Shown here piece after piece: positions 30,412 to 40,368 of a DNA stretch of 64,000 bases. This DNA comes from Clostridia bacterium. Its GTDB lineage: Bacteria > Bacillota > Clostridia > Oscillospirales > Acutalibacteraceae. The translations under genes were made by a program, and so were the position numbers. A model generated the notes under the pieces. That model was not told the DNA's origin, did not search any database, and worked only from the letters and a program-made list of their open reading frames with translations. The first letter of the stretch is position 1. The number at the start of each line of letters is the position of its first letter. The DNA lies in the NCBI GenBank assembly GCA_017475765.1, contig JAFVEY010000027.1:9911-73910 (forward strand), read 5' to 3'.

Positions 30412-30876
30412 ATGACGGATGATGAAATGCTGATGCAGCTTGCGATTGAGCAGGCAAAAAAGGCATACAGACTGAATGAGGTTCCGATCGGTGCGGTTGT
30501 CGTAAAGGACGGCGAGGTTGTCGGGACCGGTTATAACAGAAGAGAAACGGGGAAGAATGCGCTTTATCATGCGGAGCTGGAAGCTATTGATGCTGCCTGT
30601 AAAAAGCTGGGCGGCTGGCGGCTGTGGCAATGTGAGATCTATGTCACGCTTGAGCCTTGTCCGATGTGCGCCGGAGCAATCATCAATTCCAGACTGAAAA
30701 GGGTGGTTTACGGATGTGAGGACTATAAAGCCGGCTCGGTGAAATCTGTGATCAACCTGTTTGAGCTTCCCTATAATCACAAGCCGGAATATATCGGCGG
30801 CGTGCTTCGGCAAGAGTGTTCTTCGCTTTTAACCGACTTTTTCAGGGAACTCAGAGAGAAAAAGAAATCATATTAA
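30412..30876 (+). CDS. tadA: tRNA adenosine(34) deaminase
   Basis: HAELEAI...LEPCPMCAGAI zinc-binding CDA motifs. Confidence 0.85.
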   Translation: MTDDEMLMQLAIEQAKKAYRLNEVPIGAVVVKDGEVVGTGYNRRETGKNALYHAELEAIDAACKKLGGWRLWQCEIYVTLEPCPMCAGAIINSRLKRVVYGCEDYKAGSVKSVINLFELPYNHKPEYIGGVLRQECSSLLTDFFRELREKKKSY

Positions 30877-30984
30877 AACGATCAATGATACCTACACAAA
30901 ACGAAATTTGTCGGGAACAGCTCATTTTTTGTATGCTATAATTGCCTTAGGCAAATGATAGGAATTGTCCATGAAGACAAAAAT

Positions 30985-31027
30985 GCCAACACACTAACTG
31001 GCACCTAGTGTGTTGGCTATACTTTTT
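30985..31027 (+). terminator. hairpin (12-bp perfect stem) with downstream T-tract
   Basis: gccaacacacta pairs with tagtgtgttggc; ttttt lies 5 nt downstream. Confidence 0.4.
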
Positions 31028-31117
31028 GTACGAGACGGTAACAAGAATATTATATCACATCTTGTCGAAAATTCAATACAGAACATTTTATCTTCGGAAT
31101 TGACGGATTTAAAATAA

Positions 31118-31171
31118 GGCTCCCACACGGGTGTGAGAGGTTGCACTCACATTGCCGTGTGGGAGCCTTTT
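31118..31171. terminator. bidirectional intrinsic terminator between tadA (+) and the flotillin gene (-)
   Basis: ggctcccacacgg pairs with ccgtgtgggagcc (13 bp), flanked by A4 upstream and T4 downstream. Confidence 0.7.
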
Positions 31172-31190
31172 GGCTAATGTATCTGTATTT

Positions 31191-32813
31191 TTATGATTCG
31201 GGTTTGGGTGTTGTATCGGACGGAAGTTCGCCGTTTGTATCGGCGCTTCCTTCGGCGGCAGAGCCGTTATTTTCTCCGATATCCGACGGAGGAGAAGTTG
31301 AAATAATGCCCTTAAGCGGTTCCGCTAAGCTGGCAATCAGCTGCTGAAGCTCATCGTTGATGGGTTTTCCGTTAAGTGCCTGATTTTCCGCATTCAGCGT
31401 TTTCATAAGGGCAGGAATGTTCATAAGCGTATCAATAAGCACATTTCCTGTTCCTGATGCACCCGGACCGGCAGCGGTGCCGCCGATATTGACAAATTCG
31501 GCATTCTTTCCGAGATCCGCCATGATGGTTGCTGTCTTTGTCGCAATCTCTATTCTTGCGTTGGCTTCAATTCTGAGCTTTTCGATCTCAAAGTTTACCT
31601 TTTCGTTGGAAGCTCGTGCGTCGGCGAGAGCCTTTTCACCTTCTGCCTGCGCCATGAGTCTTGCCTTTTCTGCTTCTGCTTCTGCAAGACCCTTCTGACG
31701 TGTTATCTCGGCTTCGGCAAAACCCTTCTGCTTTTCAACATCGGCAACTGCCGTACCTTCCTTGCGTATCTTTTCGGCTTCGGCATCTGCTGCTATTTTG
31801 GTGGCGCTTGCCGCTCTTTCGGCAACAAGAACATCGGCTTCTGCGCTGATTTTTCTGACGCTGGCATCGGCTTCGGCGGCAATCTGTGCCTTTTGCTTTT
31901 CAGCCTCGGCACGGGTGGCGATTACTTCCTTCTCCTTCTGTGCGGCAAGGTTGGCCTGTTCCTGACGGACAACCTCGACACGACCCTGCTGGGTGGCAAC
32001 CTCCTGCTGTCTGATCGTTGTCTGAAGCTCTCCGGCTACTGCTGCATCTGCATTCGCCTTGTCTGTTTCGGATTTGAACTGGGCAAATTTGATCTGATTG
32101 TCACGCTGCTTTTCGGCAACTGCCAGCTGAGATTCCAGCTCATTCTGAGCAGCGACCTTTTCGGATTCTGCTTTCTGTGAGCGGACAGCCTGATCGACAA
32201 CCGCCTTTTTATTTTCAGCCGCCTGACGTTTTTCCTCCATGTCAAGTGCGGCGATATTGTCATAGTAACCGTTATTATCGGAAATATCCTGAATGTTGAG
32301 TGACACAAGCTCCATGCCCATGCTCTGCATTTCATCTTCAACGATTTCTTTTACTTTGTTGGTGAAGGTCACCTTATCTCTGAGAACCTCTTCCGGTGAC
32401 ATCGAAGCAACGATATCACGAACCGCACCTGTGAGCGTCAGGCGGACATCATTGATAATACCGTCCTGTCCTCTTTCCTTAAAGGACATGATCGCCTTTT
32501 TGAGCTTTTCCATATCGTTCGTATCCGGACGGATCTGAGCCGTCCAGTCGATGACGATCGGAACGGATGTTCTTGTTTTTACCTCGTCCTTGTCAGCCTT
32601 TACTGTCAACATACAAAGATCGAAATACTGTGCCTTGCGGAAAATCGGAATGACGAACGAGCCGCCCGAAACCTTTATTTTCGGTTCTTTTCCGCCGGTA
32701 ATGATAAGTGCTTTGTCGATATCCGCAACACGGTATATCATACAAAGAAACACGATTATTACAATCAGTACTGCTGCTGCTATTAAAACAGGAATAAAAA
32801 AGTCTTCCATCAT
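31191..32813 (-). CDS. SPFH/band-7 (flotillin-like) membrane protein with long coiled-coil
   Basis: N-terminal TM helix, an SPFH domain and Ala/Glu/Lys-rich repeats. Confidence 0.8.
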   Translation of the reverse strand: MMEDFFIPVLIAAAVLIVIIVFLCMIYRVADIDKALIITGGKEPKIKVSGGSFVIPIFRKAQYFDLCMLTVKADKDEVKTRTSVPIVIDWTAQIRPDTNDMEKLKKAIMSFKERGQDGIINDVRLTLTGAVRDIVASMSPEEVLRDKVTFTNKVKEIVEDEMQSMGMELVSLNIQDISDNNGYYDNIAALDMEEKRQAAENKKAVVDQAVRSQKAESEKVAAQNELESQLAVAEKQRDNQIKFAQFKSETDKANADAAVAGELQTTIRQQEVATQQGRVEVVRQEQANLAAQKEKEVIATRAEAEKQKAQIAAEADASVRKISAEADVLVAERAASATKIAADAEAEKIRKEGTAVADVEKQKGFAEAEITRQKGLAEAEAEKARLMAQAEGEKALADARASNEKVNFEIEKLRIEANARIEIATKTATIMADLGKNAEFVNIGGTAAGPGASGTGNVLIDTLMNIPALMKTLNAENQALNGKPINDELQQLIASLAEPLKGIISTSPPSDIGENNGSAAEGSADTNGELPSDTTPKPES

Positions 32814-33077
32814 TTTTCTCCTTTGCTTTTCACGATATGATGATTTTATGTGTGATCATATCAATAATACATTGGCTTCACCCCTTTTGGCATTACCTGA
32901 AATGATAGCATATTTTGATTAACGGATTATGTACTAAAATTAAATAATCATGTCCGGATAATGTCTAAAAAATGAACGAAGCTGTCATATTGCTCCCACG
33001 ATAAGGTTATAAATTTTATATATGAAATTTAATTAATTGATTTTATATAATGTATAACGGATTTGTTTTTAAACCTA

Positions 33078-33106
33078 TTGACAAAAAGAAAAAAAAGTGC
33101 TAATAT
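33078..33106 (+). promoter_or_regulatory. putative promoter for cysK (TTGACA-17-TAATAT)
   Basis: -35 at 33078-33083 and -10 at 33101-33106. Confidence 0.4.
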
Positions 33107-33197
33107 AAAACCTAGGAAACAGATAGGTTTAAAGGATAAAGAAACCGCTGGTGTCAGCCGAACCGTCATCTTCATAATATGAAAGGGAATGGTGAGT

Positions 33198-34127
33198 ATG
33201 AATACATTCGATACAGTTACAGATCTTATCGGAAAAACACCTCTTCTGAAGCTGGGCAATTTTGTAAGACAAAAGGAGCTTCATGCGTCTGTGTATGGAA
33301 AATTGGAGTATTATAATCCCGCAGGAAGCGTCAAGGACAGAGTCGCAAAAGCAATGATCGAGGATGCCGAGGATAAGGGAATTATTAATTCCGATACGGT
33401 GCTGATCGAGCCTACCAGCGGAAATACAGGAATAGGTCTTGCCGCCGTTGCTGCTTCAAAGGGTTACAGAATCATTCTTGCAATGCCTGAAACTATGAGC
33501 ATCGAAAGAAGAAATCTGCTCAAGGCTTACGGTGCGGAGCTTGTTCTGACAGAGGGTTCAAAGGGAATGAAGGGCGCTATCGCTAAGGCACAGGAGCTGG
33601 CGGCGGAAATACCCAACAGTTTTATTCCCGGTCAGTTTACTAATCCTGCCAATCCGCTGATTCACCTCAACACAACGGGTCCCGAAATCTGGGAGGATAC
33701 CGATGGAAAGGTTGATATCTTTGTGGCAGGTGTCGGAACAGGCGGAACGATCACCGGAACAGGTCAGTATCTGAAAAGCAAAAATCCGGAGATTAAAATT
33801 GTTGCAGTTGAACCAGCAGGCTCGCCTGTTCTGTCAGAGGGCAAGGCAGGACCGCATAAGATACAGGGTATCGGAGCCGGATTTGTTCCGGATATACTTG
33901 ATACCGAGGTTTTTGACGAAATTATTACCGTTGAAAACGAGGACGCTTTTGAGACTGGAAAAACGCTTGCAAGAAAGGAAGGACTTCTTGTCGGCATATC
34001 TTCGGGTGCAGCCGTCTGGGCTGCAGCAGAGCTTGCAAAGCGTCCCGAAAATAAGGGCAAACTGATTGTGGCACTTCTCCCCGATACGGGAGAACGCTAT
34101 CTTTCGACTCCGATGTTCTCGGAATAA
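33198..34127 (+). CDS. cysK: cysteine synthase A (O-acetylserine sulfhydrylase)
   Basis: LIGKTPL, the PLP-lysine motif SVKDR, and the TSGNTG and GAGTGGT motifs. Confidence 0.85.
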   Translation: MNTFDTVTDLIGKTPLLKLGNFVRQKELHASVYGKLEYYNPAGSVKDRVAKAMIEDAEDKGIINSDTVLIEPTSGNTGIGLAAVAASKGYRIILAMPETMSIERRNLLKAYGAELVLTEGSKGMKGAIAKAQELAAEIPNSFIPGQFTNPANPLIHLNTTGPEIWEDTDGKVDIFVAGVGTGGTITGTGQYLKSKNPEIKIVAVEPAGSPVLSEGKAGPHKIQGIGAGFVPDILDTEVFDEIITVENEDAFETGKTLARKEGLLVGISSGAAVWAAAELAKRPENKGKLIVALLPDTGERYLSTPMFSE

Positions 34128-34161
34128 TACATCTTGATTTGAGGAAAGCGAGGAAAATATC

Positions 34162-34317
34162 ATGAAAGCACAGATAATGAAAAATATCAATGCTGTAAGA
34201 AATATGATCGAAGTCAACACAGTCCGCTTCAACACGCTCGCTAAGTCCGGAATTTCACGCTGTTTGTGTTGCTGTTGCTGCAGTTATACAGGCGGCGGTC
34301 TTTGCCTGCGCTTTTAA
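34162..34317 (+). CDS. unannotated 51-codon poly-cysteine leader ORF (MKAQIMKNINAVRNMIEVNTVRFNTLAKSGISRCLCCCCCSYTGGGLCLRF)
   Basis: ATG 34162 with RBS aggaa 6 nt upstream. Six Cys in seven codons at 34261-34281. A terminator follows directly. Too short to appear in the supplied ORF track. Confidence 0.45.
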   Translation: MKAQIMKNINAVRNMIEVNTVRFNTLAKSGISRCLCCCCCSYTGGGLCLRF

Positions 34318-34350
34318 TCAAGCAGGGGGTATAAGATAGAATTGAAACAA

Positions 34351-34423
34351 GGACTCCGCCTGTTTATTTCTCCTGAACGATATTTTCGGGAGTTTGGGCG
34401 GAGTCTTTTTGTGTTTTGTTTTT
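34351..34423 (+). terminator. intrinsic terminator / attenuator between the leader ORF and the methyltransferase-metK operon
   Basis: ggactccgcc (34351-34360) pairs with ggcggagtc (34397-34405). There is an inner hairpin in the loop and a U-rich run at 34406-34423. Confidence 0.6.
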
Positions 34424-34450
34424 GGATCCATAAAATTGAGGTGACTGACA

Positions 34451-35356
34451 ATGATAGATACATTGGAGAGCGTGACGGCAAAGCTTTGCTCCTTTGCCAG
34501 AGCGTATCATTCAAATTACGGCAGGCAGAAGATTTTTGACGATTATCTTGCTTTTGATATTATGGGCAAGCAGCAGTATGATGAGATCGGGCAGCTGATA
34601 CAAAAGGGCTTTGAGCTTTCGGGACTTGATCTCAACAGCGGTTTCAGCGGACAGAAGGTTTATCCTGAGCTGAACAGGTATATCGCTCCGATTCCTCTTT
34701 CGAGAATTGCTTTTGCGGAACGGGAACTGACAAAATTTGCAGAGGAAAAAGGCAGATGTCAGTATGTGATATGCGGCGCAGGAATGGACACCTTTGCTTT
34801 CCGCAATGAAAATCCTGATATAGAGGTTTTTGAGCTTGACCACCCTGATACAAGCCGCTATAAGCTGAACAGGATCAGGGAGCTTGAATGGAATATTCCT
34901 GAAAATGTAAGCTACGTTCCGATTGATTTCTCAAAGGATGATATGACAGAGGTGCTGAAAAATGCAGGCTTTGATTCTGAGCTTCCGACATTTTATGCTA
35001 TACTGGGAGTAACTTATTATCTGACGCTTCCTGTTTTTGAGCAGACAATTGAAAAAATTAACCGCTTGTCTGCCGGCGGCGGCAAACTGGTTTTCGATTT
35101 TCCTGATGAAACAACACTCAGCAAAAAAGCAGCGGACAGAGTGAAACGACTTACAGAGATCACCGCAAAGCTGGGGGAGCCGATGCAGCATGGTTTTTCC
35201 GTCAGCGAAATAAAAAACGCACTTGAAAGACATCATTTTACAATAGAGGTTCATAAAACACCCGAAAAAATACAAAATCAGTTTTTTGATAAAAGAACGG
35301 ACGGGCAGACCGCTTTTGAAAATATACATTTTATACTTGCAAAAAAGGAGAAGTGA
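34451..35356 (+). CDS. class I SAM-dependent methyltransferase (LCM/TcmP-like; YrrT-type position in the operon)
   Basis: GAGMDT SAM-binding motif I; first gene of the metK-luxS-transsulfuration operon. Confidence 0.65.
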   Translation: MIDTLESVTAKLCSFARAYHSNYGRQKIFDDYLAFDIMGKQQYDEIGQLIQKGFELSGLDLNSGFSGQKVYPELNRYIAPIPLSRIAFAERELTKFAEEKGRCQYVICGAGMDTFAFRNENPDIEVFELDHPDTSRYKLNRIRELEWNIPENVSYVPIDFSKDDMTEVLKNAGFDSELPTFYAILGVTYYLTLPVFEQTIEKINRLSAGGGKLVFDFPDETTLSKKAADRVKRLTEITAKLGEPMQHGFSVSEIKNALERHHFTIEVHKTPEKIQNQFFDKRTDGQTAFENIHFILAKKEK

Positions 35357-35358
35357 TT

Positions 35359-36546
35359 ATGAGTACATTTATTTTTACATCCGAATCGGTGACAAAAGGA
35401 CATCCGGATAAAGTAAGTGATATCATTTCGGATTCAGTACTGGACGCCTATATTGAAAAGGATCCCAGAGCCCGTGTGGCTGTGGAAACGGTTGTCAAGA
35501 ATAATACGATCATTCTTGTCGGAGAGATTTCTTCGGCGGCAGAAATAGATATTGATTCTGTTGTCAGGGACGCCGTCAGGAATATCGGCTATAACCGCAG
35601 CGAACTCGGCTTTGATGCTGACGGCGCAGAGATCATTGTGCGGCTTGAAAGACAGTCGCCCGATATTGCAGGAGGCGTTGACAAGGCGCTTGAAATAAGG
35701 GATGGAGATGCCGGAAAGGAGGAAGAGATCGGTGCAGGAGATCAGGGAATGATGTTCGGCTTCGCAACAGACGAAACGCCCGAATATATGCCCGTTGCCA
35801 TTACCTATGCACACCGTCTTGCCAAAAGACTGACAGACGTCAGGGAAAAAGGGATTCTTCCGTATCTCCGTCCGGACGGAAAGACACAGGTTTCGGCTGT
35901 ATATACAGACGGCGAGTTTACAGGCATTGATACCGTTGTCGTTTCAACACAGCATGACCCTGATGTGACGCAGGAGCAGCTCAGGGAGGATATTATCAAA
36001 GAGGTGATCAAGCCTGTTCTTACTGACAAGCTGAACGATTCCGTCAAGATACTCGTCAACCCCACAGGCAGATTTGTCATCGGCGGTCCTGTCGGCGACA
36101 GCGGTCTGACAGGCAGAAAGATCATTGTTGATACCTACGGCGGTTCGGCACGTCACGGCGGCGGAGCATTTTCGGGAAAGGATCCGACAAAGGTTGACCG
36201 CAGCGCTGCTTATGCTGCGAGGTATGCAGCCAAAAACATCGTTGCTGCAGGACTTGCGAAAAAAGTAGAAATACAGCTTGCCTATGCCATCGGTGTCGCT
36301 TCCCCTGTTTCAATCAATGTGAATACCTTCGGAACAGGAACAGTTCCGGATGATATTATAAGGGAGGCTATTGAAAATGTATTGGATCTCAGACCGAAGG
36401 GAATCATCAATTCTCTCGGACTGCGCAGACCGATATATGCTCAGACGGCGGCTTACGGTCACTTCGGCAGAAACGATCTTGATCTGCCATGGGAAAAACT
36501 CGATATAACCGATCAGCTCAGAAATTATACGGAGGGAAGAAAATGA
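35359..36546 (+). CDS. metK: S-adenosylmethionine synthetase
   Basis: [19 protein letters not shown], and [16 protein letters not shown] motifs. Confidence 0.9.
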   Translation: MSTFIFTSESVTKGHPDKVSDIISDSVLDAYIEKDPRARVAVETVVKNNTIILVGEISSAAEIDIDSVVRDAVRNIGYNRSELGFDADGAEIIVRLERQSPDIAGGVDKALEIRDGDAGKEEEIGAGDQGMMFGFATDETPEYMPVAITYAHRLAKRLTDVREKGILPYLRPDGKTQVSAVYTDGEFTGIDTVVVSTQHDPDVTQEQLREDIIKEVIKPVLTDKLNDSVKILVNPTGRFVIGGPVGDSGLTGRKIIVDTYGGSARHGGGAFSGKDPTKVDRSAAYAARYAAKNIVAAGLAKKVEIQLAYAIGVASPVSINVNTFGTGTVPDDIIREAIENVLDLRPKGIINSLGLRRPIYAQTAAYGHFGRNDLDLPWEKLDITDQLRNYTEGRK

Positions 36547-37004
36547 AAACAATTGCCAGCTTCACAGTCAACCATGATAAGCTCGACAGAGGAATGTATA
36601 CCTCAAGAATAGACGGAGACGCTGTTACTTATGATATAAGAATGAAGAAGCCGAATAACGGAGATTATCTTGAAAACGGCGCACTCCATACGATTGAACA
36701 TCTTTTTGCCACTTATGTGCGCAACGGCAGCCTGTCGGATAATATCATATATGTCGGTCCTATGGGCTGTCGGACAGGCTTTTATCTGATTGTCCGTGAC
36801 AGCATCCGCCCGGCGGATGCCATCAGGCTTGTTCAGCAGACATTTGAATTCATTGCCGGTTTTGAAGGGGAGATTCCGGGCAATCAAAGACAGGAATGCG
36901 GCAATTATCTGGAGCATGATCTGGACGGTGCCAAAAAGGAAGCAGCTTTGATGATCGATGTCCTGAAGGATTGGACAGAAGATCAACTGAAATATAAAAA
37001 CTGA
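36543..37004 (+). CDS. luxS: S-ribosylhomocysteine lyase
   Basis: HTIEHL metal-binding motif, about 153 aa, and an ATGA start/stop overlap with metK. Confidence 0.85.
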   Translation: MKTIASFTVNHDKLDRGMYTSRIDGDAVTYDIRMKKPNNGDYLENGALHTIEHLFATYVRNGSLSDNIIYVGPMGCRTGFYLIVRDSIRPADAIRLVQQTFEFIAGFEGEIPGNQRQECGNYLEHDLDGAKKEAALMIDVLKDWTEDQLKYKN

Positions 37005-37022
37005 TATCAGGAGGAAATTGTT

Positions 37023-38180
37023 ATGTCAGAATATAAATTTATTGAATCGGCGCTGATTCACGGAGGAATTTACGGAGATAAGACCACAGGAGCAGTTAAT
37101 GTTCCTATTTATCAGACCTCGACCTATGAACAGAAGGCTCTTGGCGAAAATACGGGATGGGAATATTCAAGAACGGGTAACCCGACAAGAGCTGCGCTGG
37201 AAGCGCTGATCGCAGAGTTGGAAAAGGGCAGCGCAGGTTTTGCTTTTGCTTCGGGAATGGCAGCGATCACAGCTGTTCTGAGTCTTTTCAAATCCGGAGA
37301 TAAGGTGCTGATATCCAGCAATGTGTATGGAGGTACTTTCAGAGTTCTTGATAAGGTATTCAACAATTTCAATATCGGATATTCGATAGAGGATACCACC
37401 AATCTGAAAGCGCTGGAGGAAAAGATTACTCCCGATGTAAAGGCAATCCTGGTTGAAAGTCCTGCCAATCCGCTGCTGACGGTAACGGATCTGGGTGCTG
37501 TTGCGGCACTTGCCAAAAAGCACGGAATCCTTTCCATTGTTGACAATACGTTTATGACACCTTATCTTCAGCGTCCGATCGAGCTTGGAGTGGATATTGT
37601 TATCCACAGCGCAACAAAATATCTTGGCGGACACAGCGATGTAGTGGCAGGTCTTGTCGTTGTTAATGATGATACCCTTGCCGAAAGACTTGCCTTTATA
37701 CAGAATTCCACAGGCGGCGTTCTTGGCCCGTTTGATTCCTTCCTTCTCATCAGAGGTATCAAGACGCTGGGTGTACGTCTTGACCGTCATGTGGAAAATG
37801 CAGAGAAGGCAGCAGCATTCCTTAAGGCTCACAAGGGAGTCAGGAATGTTTACTACCCCGGACTTCCCGAAGCGCAGGGCTATGAGATCAACAAAAAACA
37901 GGCGAAAAACGGCGGTGTTATGATCTCCTTTGAGCTGGACGAAAAATATGACATCAAGAAGTTTTTCTCATCGCTAAAGCTGATCGCCCTTGCCGAAAGT
38001 CTCGGAGGAGTGGAAAGCCTTGTTTGCCATCCAGCAAGCATGACACACGCTTCTATTCCCTATGAAATCAGACAAAAGGTCGGAATTACAGACGGACTGA
38101 TCCGTCTTTCTATCGGAATTGAAAATATTGAGGATATACTGGCTGATCTTGAAAATGCAATTGCAGAAAGCGAGAGATAA
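37023..38180 (+). CDS. trans-sulfuration PLP enzyme (cystathionine gamma-lyase / homocysteine gamma-lyase, MccB-like)
   Basis: Cys/Met-metabolism PLP fold with the PLP-lysine in the SATKYLGGHSDV region. Confidence 0.75.
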   Translation: MSEYKFIESALIHGGIYGDKTTGAVNVPIYQTSTYEQKALGENTGWEYSRTGNPTRAALEALIAELEKGSAGFAFASGMAAITAVLSLFKSGDKVLISSNVYGGTFRVLDKVFNNFNIGYSIEDTTNLKALEEKITPDVKAILVESPANPLLTVTDLGAVAALAKKHGILSIVDNTFMTPYLQRPIELGVDIVIHSATKYLGGHSDVVAGLVVVNDDTLAERLAFIQNSTGGVLGPFDSFLLIRGIKTLGVRLDRHVENAEKAAAFLKAHKGVRNVYYPGLPEAQGYEINKKQAKNGGVMISFELDEKYDIKKFFSSLKLIALAESLGGVESLVCHPASMTHASIPYEIRQKVGITDGLIRLSIGIENIEDILADLENAIAESER

Positions 38181-38182
38181 TT

Positions 38183-39094
38183 ATGGGCTATTTTGATTCA
38201 ATGCAGGAGCTTATCGGCAACACACCGCTTGTACGTCTCAGACATATTGATCTTCCTGAAGGTGCAGTTATTTTTGCAAAGCTGGAGTATTATAATCCTT
38301 CCGGAAGTGTTAAGGACAGGATCGGAAAATTCATGCTTGAGGACTTTGAAAAAAGAGGAGTGCTCAAAAAAGGCGGAACCATCGTTGATGCAACGGCAGG
38401 AAATACAGGTCTTGGAATTGCATTTGCGGCGCTTAACAAGGGTTACAGAGTGATATTTACCGTTCCAACAAAATTTTCGGAGGAGAAGCAGACCCTTCTC
38501 CGTGCGCTGGGTGCAGAAATCATCAATACACCCCGTGAGGAGGGTATGCTCGGAGCAGCAAGAAAAGCGGAAGAGCTCAGACAGTCCATTGAAGGCGCAG
38601 TATCGCTTGAACAGTTCAGAAATCAGGCAAATCCGCAGACGCATTACGAATCCACGGGACCAGAACTTTACCGTGATCTTGACGGCAGGATAGACTATCT
38701 TGTGGCAGGAGCAGGAAGCGGCGGAACTTACAGCGGAACGGTTCGCTATCTGAAGGAGCAGAATCCGGCAGTCAAGGGTGTTCTTGCTGATCCGGTTGGC
38801 TCTACGATCGGCGGCGGCGAGCATGGGGATTATGATATCGAGGGAATAGGAAATGATTTTATTCCTGAAACTATGGACACCTCTCTTGTCGATACAGTTG
38901 TCAAGATAACCGATACAGACGCTTACGAAGGTGCAAGAGAGCTTGCAGCAAAAGAAGGAATTTTTGCCGGCTCTTCATCGGGTGCAGCACTGGCGGCAGC
39001 AAAAAAACTGATCGAAAGCGGTGCAAGAGGCAATGTAGTTATTATTCTTCCCGACAGAGGAGACCGCTATTTTAGCAAAAATCTTTATGAGTGA
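38183..39094 (+). CDS. cysteine synthase family protein (MccA / cystathionine beta-synthase-like)
   Basis: LIGNTPL, SVKDR, TAGNTG, GAGSGGT; paralog of cysK, placed directly after the gamma-lyase. Confidence 0.75.
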   Translation: MGYFDSMQELIGNTPLVRLRHIDLPEGAVIFAKLEYYNPSGSVKDRIGKFMLEDFEKRGVLKKGGTIVDATAGNTGLGIAFAALNKGYRVIFTVPTKFSEEKQTLLRALGAEIINTPREEGMLGAARKAEELRQSIEGAVSLEQFRNQANPQTHYESTGPELYRDLDGRIDYLVAGAGSGGTYSGTVRYLKEQNPAVKGVLADPVGSTIGGGEHGDYDIEGIGNDFIPETMDTSLVDTVVKITDTDAYEGARELAAKEGIFAGSSSGAALAAAKKLIESGARGNVVIILPDRGDRYFSKNLYE

Positions 39095-39114
39095 TAATAT
39101 ACAGGGTGAAAAAT

Positions 39115-40038
39115 ATGACACTGCAGCAGCTACATTATGTTATTACCATTTCTGAAATGGGATCCTTCAACAAGGCTTCAGAAATACTGTACATAGCTCA
39201 GCCCTCCCTGACAAGTGCGGTCAAGGAGCTTGAAAAGGAGCTTGGTATCGTTATTTTTAACCGAAGCGGCAGAGGAGTGACCTTGACAAATGACGGAGTT
39301 GAATTTATTGCATATTCAAGGCAGCTATATAATCAATATGAATCACTTCTTGACCGCTACGGCAAAAACGGCACCTACAAAAAGAAATTCGGCATCTCAA
39401 CACAGCATTATTCATTTGCAGTAAAGAGCTTTGTGGAAATGGTAAAGCGCTTTAATACGGCGGAATATGAATTTGCCATTCGTGAGACCAAAACAAGAGA
39501 GGTTATTGACGATGTGGCAGGTTCCAAAAGTGAGGTAGGAATTCTGTATCTGAACGATTTTAACCGCAAGATCATCACTAAACTGCTTCGTTCCAATGGA
39601 CTTGACTTTCACAGACTTATCGACTGTGACGCTTTTGTTTATCTTTGGAGAGGGCATCCTCTGGCGGATAAAAGCTCCCTGACACTTGAAGATCTGGAAG
39701 ATTATCCGTGTCTTTCTTTTGAGCAGGGTGATAACAGCTCGTTCTACTTTGCCGAGGAGATATTGAGCATGAATGAGTATCAGCGAACGATCAAGGCAAA
39801 CGACAGAGCGACAATGCTCAATCTGATGATAGGTCTCAATGGCTATACGCTCTGTTCGGGAATTATCTGTGAGGAGCTTAACGGAACCGATTATATCGCT
39901 GTTCCGTTTGACAGCGGAGAAATCCGGACGGACAAAATGGAAATCGGCTATATTACCAAAAAGGACGCTATGCTCAGCAAGATGGGCGAGCTTTATATCA
40001 GGGAGATCAAGGAATATTTGTCGAAAACCGTCAAATAA
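39115..40038 (+). CDS. LysR family transcriptional regulator
   Basis: N-terminal helix-turn-helix LQQLHYVITISEMGSFNKASEILYIAQPSLTSAVKELE; overlaps the end of the cysteine synthase gene. Confidence 0.8.
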   Translation: MTLQQLHYVITISEMGSFNKASEILYIAQPSLTSAVKELEKELGIVIFNRSGRGVTLTNDGVEFIAYSRQLYNQYESLLDRYGKNGTYKKKFGISTQHYSFAVKSFVEMVKRFNTAEYEFAIRETKTREVIDDVAGSKSEVGILYLNDFNRKIITKLLRSNGLDFHRLIDCDAFVYLWRGHPLADKSSLTLEDLEDYPCLSFEQGDNSSFYFAEEILSMNEYQRTIKANDRATMLNLMIGLNGYTLCSGIICEELNGTDYIAVPFDSGEIRTDKMEIGYITKKDAMLSKMGELYIREIKEYLSKTVK

Positions 40039-40310
40039 TCATTTTGTCCGGTAAAATACAGATTTGGCGGTAATACATGATAATTGATTTTTGCCCCGGA
40101 GGGGAGTCAGGTCAGCAGCATCGACTGTTTTTCCTGCTTCTCCTGCGGGGCAAATATTATGCGGATTTTTTTGAACCTTTTTTGATTTCCCATATTATAG
40201 TGATAAAAATGTCGAAAAATGCTCGGATTTTGATAGATAATTTATAGAATACCTATAAATACTATATTCACATATAGATTTGGATTATCACCTATTATAC
40301 CTATATGATA

Positions 40311-40340
40311 TTGGACAATGTCGGGATTTGGCGTTATAAT
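40311..40340 (+). promoter_or_regulatory. putative promoter (TTGGAC-18-TATAAT) giving a ~265-nt leader for the ABC transporter operon
   Basis: -35 at 40311-40316 and -10 at 40335-40340. Confidence 0.4.
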
Positions 40341-40368
40341 ATTCCCATACCAACAATAAGGGGGCTAA

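Noticed and set aside
31417-32538. Several plus-strand ORFs (62-95 aa) with Ala/Ser/Leu-rich translations
   Set aside because: They are antisense to the flotillin gene, whose Ala/Glu/Lys coiled-coil coding gives stop-poor reverse frames.
33107-33197. cysK leader considered as a Cys T-box
   Set aside because: About 90 nt is far too short for a T-box. No T-box consensus (AAUUAGGGUGG..) is present.
37167-38824. Minus-strand ORFs of 221 and 208 aa
   Set aside because: They are antisense to the PLP gamma-lyase and cysteine-synthase genes.
40039-40310. Possible terminator hairpin gccccggagggg...cctgcggggc after the LysR gene
   Set aside because: The stem is imperfect and the T-tracts are displaced by more than 10 nt. 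It was not called as a feature.
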